This document shows, one piece after another, positions 32,901-44,900 of a DNA stretch of 64,000 nt (positions are counted from its first letter, which is position 1; each line of letters opens with the position of its first letter). Origin of the DNA: a virus (lineage: Duplodnaviria; Caudoviricetes); IMG/VR virus record IMGVR_UViG_3300025154_001556; one strand, written 5' to 3'. A model generated the notes under the pieces. That model had not been told where the DNA came from. It saw nothing but the letters and a program-made list of their open reading frames with translations, and did no database searches. The position numbers were made by a program, and so were the translations under genes.

Positions 32901-35900
32901 TAGTACATACTCGTCTTTACTTAATTTTGCATTAATACTATCAGAAGTAGGAGTACCTTCACCAAACACTCTGCCGCCATCAGCGAAACCGTACTGTGTT
33001 TTATTTTTTTCATAGTCTTCATAAAAGTTTTTTTCAGCCCGTTTAAGTTTTATGGCCTGTGATAAAGAGGGTGCCTCACCAGTGTTTGCTACACCAGTGG
33101 CTACATCTTTTAACACTTTACCATAATTTTTAGTGGCCTCTGAAAGATCTGTTCCCAATAGTTTACTAAAAACTAATAAAGCAGCATAAGTGGCTACGGT
33201 ACCTGCACCTAGTTTCTTTATAGTGTCGTCCGCAAAGCCAAGACTTTTAGCAAATTCCATAATTGCTGTTTTTGACGCAGTCATAGTAGTAACAGCGCCA
33301 TATAAAGTAGCTTTTGCTGCGGTATCTTCTCTGGATGTAGTAAGTGTTTTTTCTTGTGTTTTTAGGTCTTCTATTAACCCTTTATTTTGATTAACAGCGG
33401 GCTTGGCTTCTTCTGCCGCGAGTTGTGCCCTTAATACTTGAAGCTGTTCATCTAATTTCTTAACTGTTGCGTTTTCGCCAGCTTTTTGAAAAGCGGAAGC
33501 AACACTGGCTGCGGCAGTGGCTTTCATTACAGTTTTATCATCAATAAACTGTGTTTGTTGATTTGCTGTTTGTAATTTATTTATGGCTTCCACATCTGCA
33601 GTGAACGTTGGTTTGTTTGGAACAGTTTTTAAACCAAACCACTTACTTTCTTCTGGTACGACATCCTTCATTTGTGTTACAAAATCACGGAAATCTAGAC
33701 CAGAAAACATTCGTTGAGAAGCTTCTGTTGCTGTGTAGTTTTTAGCACCAAAAACATTCTGGCTACCTATTTCTTTAAGTGTTCTATCTACCCCTAATTG
33801 AGATGTTAAATTTTTAGTCATAACATCTAGAACTTTATTGGCTTCTATCACCATATCGGAATTGCCGGTGGCTGACGCTCTATCGCGCATTTCAGCTACA
33901 CGCTCTAGTCCAGTTAGTAAATCTTGTGGTGAACTAGCAGACATATATTTTTCTAACTGTTTATCAAGTTCCCCTGGACTACCTAAAGCCATTAAAATGT
34001 CTTCAAGCTTAGTAACAGTATCCGCAGTATTAGTAGCTACCCTAGAGGTTTCTATTTTTAATTCAGCGTACCCTGTGTCACCTGTTCTAGCAACAGTTTC
34101 AGTAAAGTTTTGCATTTCGTCCTTAGTTAGCACAGAACCAAAGCCTTTTGATACAGCAGCTATGCTATCAAGTGCCACAAGAGCTTTATCGGAGGAGTAC
34201 ATGCCCTCTGACGCACCTTGTTTTTGTATATCTAATTCTTTTAGTTGAGCGGCTAAGTTTCTGTAATCCTCTGAGCCTATTAAAGTACGTTGTTGAACAG
34301 TCAGGTCTTTATACTTAGGCCCGCCCGTATCAAAAGTGTCTAATCCCTCAGATATACCTTTTAAATAACCTGTGGTGCCTTTAAATACTTCTTGACGGCT
34401 ACGTTCAACAGCTATGTTTTCTTCAATTGCTCTTTTGCCAGATTCAAATGTTTTAGTTAAATCGGCCAATACAGCTCTATATTGCATTACCACTTGATTA
34501 TTTTTTAATATAGTAGTTAGGTTTTCTAACTCTTTATATAAGTCATTAGCTATGGTAACACTGCCTTCATCCAAACCTTCTACTTTTAATTTATCTAAGT
34601 CCTCCATGTAACTTCTAAATTTAATCATAGGTTTAGCGTAATACTCTTCAAAATCTTTTTTCCATGATTTTTGGAATGGAGATTCACCAAAACCTTTGCC
34701 TGTAGAAGCGGTAGGAGTAAACCCTTTACCAGATTGTAGCAGAGTGGTTGTTGCTATGTCACTAAAAAAGCGCTCCCCTAAATCAAATTCCTTTTTGAAA
34801 TCTTTTGCAGATATGGCCCTAATACCCGCGCCGGCGCCGGCTACAAATTCATTAAGTATCTCTATTTTGTCTGTGATCTCATCTTGTATATGATTGGCAG
34901 GAAAGATGTTTTCAACTAATTGCTGCATGTCTTTATCAAAAGCACGCTCTTCCACTTTTAGTGTTTTTGTATTAAAGTATTGTGCAACCCACTCAAATAC
35001 ACCATCCGAGGTTTCTTTGAGTTTAACTATTGCTTGTTTGCCCGCCATATTATACTTTGCAGCCACGTCATCCATAAATAGTACTATATCGTTATTAAGC
35101 ACTTTACCTTGGCGTTCAAAAAGACCTGCGGACTCTAATTTACCCTTAGTTAATTCTTTTGTAAAATCTAATGATTTAGCAGAGGGCAGGGCACGCTGCA
35201 TAACAGTTTGCCCTAAAACATCCTGCCAATTAATTTTACCTTTAAGGCCGGCTATATTTAGTCTGGGTTCCATGTTAAGTATAACATCATACCCTTCTTT
35301 TAATCTGGGGTCAGCAAATATTTTAGCAATCTCATTTGGATCTAATCCCTTAGTATTAATGTTGCCTAATACATTACTAAATTCCTTATAAGTAGCCGCG
35401 TAATCATTTCTAAGCGCCTTTAATGTCTCTTGATATTTTTTAATATCTTTATCCACAGCAGAAGACATAGGCGATTTTGCTTTTATTGATAGCAAATTGT
35501 TTAACTGTGCGGTTACTTCAGCAATAGCTTTGGCGGGGGCCACTTTAATACCCTTAGCAAGCATTTCTCCTATAATAGGCACCTCACTCGCTATATCTTT
35601 AATCATTTTTTTAGTGTTTTCAGACCCACCTGTTTTGGTTAAATCCTCTATAAATTTGGAAGCCACGTCTACTTCCGATTCCGCCAGTTGTTTAGTTCTG
35701 GATTTATCCAGTACTTTAAAATACTCGTCAAAATTAGTGCTGGCTTTAAGCACCGCATTGCCTACTTTATCATAACCTAACACCAGGTTACTATTAGATT
35801 CTGCTAATTGATTTGCTAAACTTATTACATCTTCTTGTGCTCTACCTAATGTAATTATAGGAGCTTCATAAGTGTTTAAAGATTTTCTACGTTCTTTGGT

Positions 35901-38900
35901 GGCGGGATCATTTAATTTATTTAAATCCTCTATTTTGCTTTGTAAAACATCATAGGAAGCCGCCATATTTTTAATATTAGTAAGATTATCTTCTTGAATA
36001 CTACGCATACTATACATAGCATTTGCGTAATCTTGTGCAGATTGAGTCATCCTACCATATTGATCCCCTAGTACTTTTATTGCCGGTACTAATGCTGCTA
36101 TTGTGGTTAGTAATGGGGCAACCGCGGCTATAAAGGAAGTATCGTCCGTAGCTAAATTTTCAGTTAACTTTTTGCCTATATCACCGAGTGAATCACCAAA
36201 ACCTTTTACAGCCATACCTCCTAAATAGGAACCCATACCAGCTACTTCGGCGCCCATGGCCAAACCACCAGAAACTAATTTCTTTAGTGCTTGATGTATA
36301 CCCAGCTCTTTAACTGTTTTTTCTATGTCTTCTTTGGTCATACTATTACGTTTTCTAATAGTTTCAATAGTCTCCCCTATACCAGCGGTACTACTAAGTT
36401 TAGTCCCTACTGTTTTTCCGGCAGCCCCGAATGAGGCTATTCCTTTACCTGTGGTAGAAACACTATCAGCAACAAAACTATTAAATACTTTACCTACTTC
36501 TTGTAGTTTAAAGGACAACCTGCCAAAAGAGGAATGAAAATCTGATAATTTAGTCCCTCTGGTTACGTCAGTCTTTCCGCCACTAGCATCCGTAGTAGTA
36601 AATTTACCTAATGTTTTAAGACCGGCAGTGGCTAATTTACCGCCGCCTAAACCAAATAATTCATATTTAGTTTTAGCTAACTCTTTAGTAAATTGTTCTC
36701 CGGCCCCAGATATACCTAGAAAGTCCTTACCTCCAGCAAGCATGTCACCTAAGGATTCGGCTAGTTGCTGTCCCTTAGTCATATAGGTCAGTAAGGCCAC
36801 AAAAGCAGCGCCGGCCGCTTTGATAGGATCAGGTATAGCAGACAGTGTTTCTAAAAATGTTTTAACTCCACTTAAACCTATTTTAAATGCCGGCAAAGCT
36901 ACTTTACCGATAGACATCTGTAGTTCTACTAAAGCAACTTTGGTTTGTTCGAGCTGTTTTCTATAAGTACCCATTAATTCAGCATTACGTCTTTCTGCGG
37001 AGCCTTTGGAATTCATACTCTCTTTGGTGGCACGTAAAGCTTGATCCCAGTTATCCATTAAAGCTATGAGAGAGTTATATTGTCTGGTACCACCAAGTGC
37101 TTGGGAGGTAGCCAATTTTTGGGCGTTACTAAGGTCTTTCCATTTTTTGCTTAGATCATCTAAAACACTAAAACCAGATCTTAACTGTCCAGTAGATTCC
37201 ATGACAGGAATACCTAATTTACCCAGCTGCTCTGGCCCTTTTTCGGCAGAAAGTCTACGTAAAATAAATCTAAGAGAAGTACCTACTTCTTTACCTGATT
37301 GTCTTGTAGTTGAACCGATAGCGGCAACAATACCATTTAATTGATCAAAAGTAACACCAGCAATTTTGGCTGCCGAGGCGGACTTTTGAATAGCATTGGC
37401 TAAGTCACCAGCAGTAATAGCGCTCTTGGCTTCAACCTCACTCCAAGCATCTAAAAAGCGCATAGCACTATTACCTTCTTCTTGGTAAATTTTCATGGCT
37501 GATGTTAAAGCTTCAGTAGCTTCTGATGCTTTTAATGTAGTAACATTAGCAGCTAAGGTAGATACCTTAGTTCTATCTATTATTTCTGCTTGTGTTAAAC
37601 CTTGCTGTGCAAAAACATTCATAGATTGTAATACATCTGTTATACCAACACCATATTGTTTGGCGAAGGTAACCGCGGCCGCTGATAAACCATTTATATC
37701 AGAAGACAGAGGATTTAACATCATTTTAAGTGTGGCTAAACTATACTCTATTTCAGCTAAGGTACTAATAGCTTGTTTGAGTTGCGCAAAACCTCCGTAC
37801 ACTACGGTAGAAGCAGCACCCCATTTAACAGCACGCCCTATTGCACCTCTAAATCCGCTATTAGATCCTTGCATAGCGGAGGCTAAATCTCTTTCTTTTA
37901 TTGTTATGTCACTTAGTGATTTACCATACTTAGCAAAGTCCACCACAACATTACGAACAACCTGCCCAGTCTGATCCAGAACTTTGATAGGATAAGATCT
38001 AACCTCACCTACACGTGCACCACCAGATTCTTGAGGCTTCTCAAAATACTCTTTTACTTTTTCTACATTACTTGTGTGCATAGCCAGTTGCTCTTTCGGC
38101 GCTAACCATTTTGGAACTGGCACTGTGCCTGCCTCACCCCAGTCTTTATTGGCAGACTGGTTAATCATGGTGTATGAGTTCTCTACGGATTTTAAATACT
38201 TTATGACAGTCTCTAAATTCTTCTTTTGAGCTGCTCCAAAATCGTCCGTTAGATTATACTTCATGTAACGTTCAAGAGAAGCGCGGAGCCTACTTAATTT
38301 TTCAGCCAAAAGATCAAAATCCCAAGCATGCATAACATCAGAGCCCATCCTAGTTAGCATCTCGGCATTTTGCATCATGTCTATCATTTCTCTTTTAACA
38401 TTGGAACCAGTAATTGTAGATACAGCTGTACGTGCTTTTTCAACAGCAGGGGTCATCACACTGTCTTTTTGTAAATCACTTACTATATTTTCAAACATTG
38501 ATTGTAGTTGTTTATCATCACCTAATGGTGTTGTAGCCTTAGTAGCCAACTCACCTGGTGTTTGATAAACATTTAGTCTACGTGCCATTTCCGGCATTAC
38601 AAATTTTTTATCTTCTGTGTAAATGTCTGTTCTAGAACCAGCTACCCTACTAACAAACTTTCGCATTCTTGATATAGCGGATTGTGCCTTACCATAACTT
38701 GCGGTTTCCGCCTCAAAATCTTTTGAGGAGCTAGCCGCTTCGTAGGCCCTTTTTGCCTCCTTGGCTTGAGATAAGTAGTAATCTCCTTCCGCCATTCTAT
38801 ACAATTTCCAAGCTTTATTTAATTGCGCTCCTGCTCTACGTTCACCTTCAGGTCCACCTTGATCAGTGGCTAGCTGTTTAAATTTATCTGTTGCTTTTCT

Positions 38901-41900
38901 AAATCTATCCATATCTGGGCCAGTTTTACCTGTGCCTCTAATTATGTCGGATAAATCTTTACTTACTTTTTCGAGACTATTAAGCTCTTCTTCATAGTTG
39001 ATGTTACGAACTTGCCGTTGGAATTCTTTGGCGGCTGTATGGAATGTGGTGAAGTTCTCTAAATCGGCCCATACATCCTTACCAGCGGCTATTTTAGGGC
39101 TATATAATTTGTCTATATCACTAATTGAATCGGTTTCGTCAAGTTTAAAACCCTTAATTTTCTCTTCACTCTCTTTAGGTGTCATCGGTCTGTAAGAAGC
39201 AGCCCTTTGTCTACCGCCGCCAGCAGTTTTAACAGATTCAAAATGTTTTGAAGATTCATCTAACATTCTCTTTAAATCAGAAGCACTTATATTTAAAGGA
39301 CTAGCCTTCTTTGCGGCCTCCGTTTGTTCCTCTAAACTACCTGTGGTTCTAAATTTACCAGCAAACCTTCTAGCTTTAGCTACGGCATCCACATCTTTAG
39401 CTAATAAGGCTGGGTCTTGTTTAAATTTCACAACTTCAGGGGTATCTTCACCCTTACCCGTGCTACTATAATACTTAGCCTCGCCTTTAGTTGCACCAAT
39501 GGCTGTCATATAAACATTTAACTGTGATGCCACATCCAGTAATTTATATGCGGCCGCTAGACTGGGTTTGTCCCCTTTCTCAATGAGTTTGGCGTAAACT
39601 TCTGGGAAATCAGATGTACCGGAAGTTTGTATGGCTTCTCCAATAGCTTTTTTAACCCCCTCACCTACTGTCTTTATATCCATAGGATATTTTTCACCAG
39701 TAGTTTCATCTTTCATTACAACATCTATATGCCCGGTTATAGGGCCAGACTTTGTGGTTAAAGCCACAAATTGTTCTATGGCAGCTGTGGGGTCCATAGA
39801 TATTATATCTTTTTGTATTTTAGCATGTATGGCTTGACCAACAAGAGCAGAGGCTTCTAAGAAGTCATTAGGAATGTTGTCACTTTCTCCACGCATTGCT
39901 GACACTATGGCAGCTATCTGACGACTATTTAATTCTTTTTCAGAGAAGTCTTCTTTTTTAAACCCACTCTTATAGGAACCGCCGCCGGCTAAAGCACTGG
40001 CTCTATATATTGTTGCATATGTTGCACCGCTAAGCTCATTGTGGCCACCTGTTATTTGGGCAGACCATTTTTTAAGCTGTTCTACATCGATAGCAGGCTC
40101 AGTAGTTGTCTGAGTTTTAGCTTGTGGGGTGTCTCCTACAAATAAACCTATACCAGCAGCAATGCTTTGTAGATGAACATTTAAAGCACCGCCAGTAAAA
40201 GTAAATGGTCCCCCTGGAACACCAGCACCCGGTGTTGTTATACCAGGGGTAGCCGGGGGCGGGGGCCCTCCTGCAGACCCGTAAATACCGGCTTCCATTA
40301 TAGGAGAAGATACTTTAGCCGCCTCTATACCTGCGGTGGAACGATATGTTGTTCCCCTAACTTTACCTGAGGAGACAGGGGGTAACATAGTAGCCACATC
40401 CATACCAGAGGCACTAGAAGTTTTAAATACTTTTAAAGCTCTATCTAGTGAATATAAGGCCTTCATTTTTTCTGAAAATACGTCTACATATGCATCTACT
40501 TTGGTTTGTAGTTCTTCGGGAGTTAAGCCTTGATCTTTAAATTTAGTTTCAGCCATCTTACTAAGTTCGCTTTTACCTAGTAGCTCTATTTCTTGTAGCA
40601 CTGACGGCTCTACTACTGGCAGCCCCGCTAGTGTAGTATAATAGTCTACAACATCACGCATACGCATTAAATCTTTAGCTGAGGATCTATCTTTAAATAC
40701 TTGCGTATGTATTGGAGACATTGTGGCTAAGTCACCCGTGGTTAATTCAGTAAGCTTACCAATACTATCTTGTATTGATTTAATATCCAGAGGTTCGTAA
40801 TTAGCAATAGCTGCAGTTACAGCTTGCACGTCTTTCTGTGAATTTTTTAATCTATCGGCAGAAGTCTTTACCAATTCACCGTAAGCACCAGAACCAGATA
40901 CCTCATATAACTGATTAAGCTCATCTTCCAAATTAGATGCGGTAGCTACTGCCTTTGCCATACTAGACGAGTATCTAGCTTCTTCTTTTTTACCATAAGC
41001 ACCTGGCTGTAATTTAGATATACCCACATCTAAATCTAACGCGCCTTTACCATGCTTACTGATATAAGCACCCATTTGGCTTTCTGTACTAGCGCCGGCG
41101 GTTCTAAATTTATATAATGGTGCTTCTTTACTAGTTATTAGGCTTGAAGCTACCGCAGATGGACTTGATTCTTTTAATCTTCTGGCATATTCTTCTTTGG
41201 CTGCCGCTTTAAGGGTGTCAGGAGACATTCCTTGGCCCTTATTAGCGGCTATTTGTTTCTGTAATGTATCCAGAGCCGAATTTATAATAGACTGCTCTAA
41301 ACGCGTTAGAAAGCCTCTAAAACCCATCTTGTCTACCATCTCAGCAGTAAATTTATCTATATCAGATAAGTCAGCAGTTACACCATAAGCGGTTGCCATA
41401 CTTTTAACATCATCCGCCATCCCTTTGGACAACATGCTATGTATTCTATCTGTTATAGCTTGAGCATCTGCCTTAACAAAATCTTTAAGATCTTCGTAGT
41501 CTTTATTATTTAAAATGTTTTTATATACTTTTTCTCCGCCACCAGGTTCCATTATATCTCTGGTTATATCCGAGGACACAGAAGCGGCGCCGGCATGTTT
41601 AACGTCCATACCTTTCTGTAAGCTAAATCGGGTTAGCTCATTCATTCTAGCTTGTTCGTCCCTAGAGAATTTCTGATCGCCCTTAGCACCTATTAAGCTG
41701 GATTCCCCAGATACATCTTTATTGTAAGAAAGACTTAAGCGTGTAAAAGCCTCTGTTTCAGGGCCTGTATGAATTTTAAATAACTGCGCGGCCACAGCTG
41801 ACTTAGTTCTCTCATTTGCCAAAGAGGCACCTGTTTGAAATTTAAATGATTTTTTAAATTTATCATCTAAGGTCTCTATTACTGCCGCAACTTTATCTGC

Positions 41901-44900
41901 GTTATTTTTTAATTCGTCCGCATTACTAAGATCTTTTATGTTAGTCACAGCCGCTTCTAACTTGTCAGCATCTGTTTTATCGAGTAAGTTGCTTATTTGT
42001 TCAAGTACTTTATTTAAATCCTTGGAATCTCCGGCTAAAGCCTGCATCTGTTCGGATAAAGATAAGAAACCCATATCTTCCGTAGCAAAAGGTTTCTGCA
42101 TAAAACTGAAACCTTTTTCTGTTGGAAATTTTTTAGCAAAAGACTCTCCCATCTCTGCTAAGGTATATTCCGATGCTGGGGGCTGCACCGCGCCATAAGT
42201 AAACTGATCTCTAAATACTGATGCTGTATCAGATAAATCCTGAGTTAAGGTATCATAATGTTTTTTAATATCCCCTCTGGCTTTAACATTAATAGCAGAG
42301 TGAATTTCTATGGCGTCACCGTCAAAATCTAGTTTTTGTTGATGTGCTATATACTTAGGTAATAAATTGGATATAGCGGCATTAAGCTTATCAATTAAAT
42401 CTGTTAATTTTTCTAGCTTCTCTGGTGAGGCTGCGGCGCCTTTACTTAACTCACCGGCACGTTTGGTGGATAGATCTTCCCGCTGTTTAGTCATTCTTTG
42501 AATAACGCCAGATAAAGCATCCATCGGTAGATTGGGCATACCAGGAACAGCCAATACATTACTAGCCATACCTCCTTTACCTTCATCTAGTAGTCTAGCT
42601 TTATAGGGCTGTATTGAAGATGTACCTGTAAAAGGATAACGAAGGCTCTCTATATAAGGAGCTAGCTCTTCTTCTATGTATTTTTTTATAGTGGCTTTTT
42701 CTTCCGCTGTGCTCCCTTTACCCTGCAGATCTTGGGTGTAACGCAGCATGTCTAATAGAGTACCTTCTACCTTAGTAGCTGGAGCAGCCTCGCCTTCTTT
42801 TGTAAATTTCTTGGTGAAGGACACAGGTATCTTTCTGGCTATTTCCGCAGGGACACCGATCTCATGCTGACCCAATACTGGAAGACCTAACTCACTTGTA
42901 CGTTTTAGACGCTTGCTATGTTTTTCTTTTATAGATTGTGTTTGTTCCTGCAGTGATTTTAAAGATTTAATACTTTTTTCTGATATCCCCATCTCTTGTT
43001 GCATTTCTGGTGATAGGCCCTCTAGATCACCTATGATGGCGGACATCTGTGTATCAAATGTTTCTAGATCTTTTGTCTTATCAACAGTAGCAGAAACAGC
43101 CTTAGCCATGACAGCTGGTATTTTTCTAGTAAATAAAGTTTCTGCAACAGAACCACTTTTACCTAAGGTAGTTTCAGCCAAAGTCTCTAAATAATTTATT
43201 TTAGCTTTTTGGACAGCAGCAAGTTTATTATTCATCTCTTGTTCTAACATGCCCTTACCGCCAGAAAAATCTTTACTAATGGTATTTAGTTGCTCAAGTA
43301 AGTTACCTTTTGGATCTACTTTAAATGGTACTTTACCTTCGCTCAATTGTCCTGAAACTGTGGCGCCGGCATGTCTAAGAGCTTTAAGTATGGCGTTGTA
43401 TCTTTTTTCGGCATAGTTAGCTTGGGATTGAACAACACCTTCCATAGAACTAGCGTAGGACTTATCCATAGATGCGGACAAATCATCGTTTATATTCTTT
43501 TTAAATGTTATCCACATTTGTTCTAATTCTTTTACATATTTAGGATCATAGGTGGATAGCCTGCCCCCTTTCACTCTTATGTCACTAGTGGTGGACAACA
43601 CAGAAGATTTAAGCATTCCCGCAGCAGCTTCTTTCATAACTGCTTCCGCTGTTTTACGTGAATCTACATTTTTAGCCATATAGTACTGTTCAGTGTTGGT
43701 TACAAAATCTTGGTAGTCCTTAGCGGAGTTTATTAAGTTTTGTAATACACGTGTAGGCTCTTCGGGACCAAATTCCCCGGCTACTAAGGGCTCAGGATAA
43801 ACACCGCGGCCAGCAGGGGACGGGACATAGAAGTCCTCAAACGCTGTGGGCTTTTGACCAAGTTTGGCTTTAGAAGCATCAGATGATGGTAATTGTAGCA
43901 TAAAGGGCTTGTTGAATTTCTCAACATCCATAACAGTTCCCAACATACTACGCTTACCTTTATCCAGTGTTCCTGTAGAATAGTCAAAAGATTTTAATTC
44001 ATCTACCGATACTTTTTCTAACTTATTTCTTAAAGCTCCTAAAACCTCAGAGTCTTTATTAGTATTGGCTATTAGGGTCTTTATGTATTCCCAATGTTTT
44101 TTATCGGTATCACTTAGCTGTTCTACAAGTTCTGCTTGACTACCAGCACCCTGAATTGGTGTCTGGTTTATTTCCTTCATCAATTCCGAATCTTTACCAA
44201 AAACATTTAGATAGGCTGTATAAGCTGGGACATTAAGCTTTGCACCTTTTATACGTTTACGCACATCAGTGGTAGACCATGCCTCGGTAGCGGTAGGCTC
44301 CTCCACTACCTGTAAGAATTTTTGACCGACAAGACTCTTACGTTTTTCTCCAAACTCGTCTATAATTTCTGTATAAAAATTAGACATCTCCTCAAGAGCG
44401 GCGCCACGTTTTGCCATTACAGCTGCTTGATCAGACTTCTTACCACGTTGCATAAAGATTTTTGTTAAAGCTTCCTCTGCCTTTCCTGGGTCGGTACCCT
44501 TAAAACCCAAAGCGGAACTGTATGTAGATAAGGATTCTTTACCACTACCGAGTAATTTTTTATACATATCGGGGGCGAACTTATCCCGTAACGTTGTGTA
44601 GGCCTCATCTTTTTCTGATGCTTTTTGGACATTAGCAACGTTATTAAGTATGGTCTCTAATACCTCTGTCTGTAAACCACGTTTACCAGCACCTAAGGAA
44701 CTTATTCTAACATCAATTGGTTTTAGTTCATACAAACCACCTTCTTTAATCATACTACTATATGTTTGTTTCAGGTTATTTATACCATCAACACCATCGG
44801 TTATGGCTATACCAATTGAACTAAATAGCTCCTTGGCTTTATTATAGATATCTTGTTGGACAGAAGCCTCTTCTGGAATAGTTAAACCTGATGTAGCATC

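Noticed and set aside
39450-40010. Calling the TMP nuclease Cas4 or inferring a CRISPR system
   Set aside because: No Fe-S cysteines, no other cas genes and no repeat-spacer array in the window.
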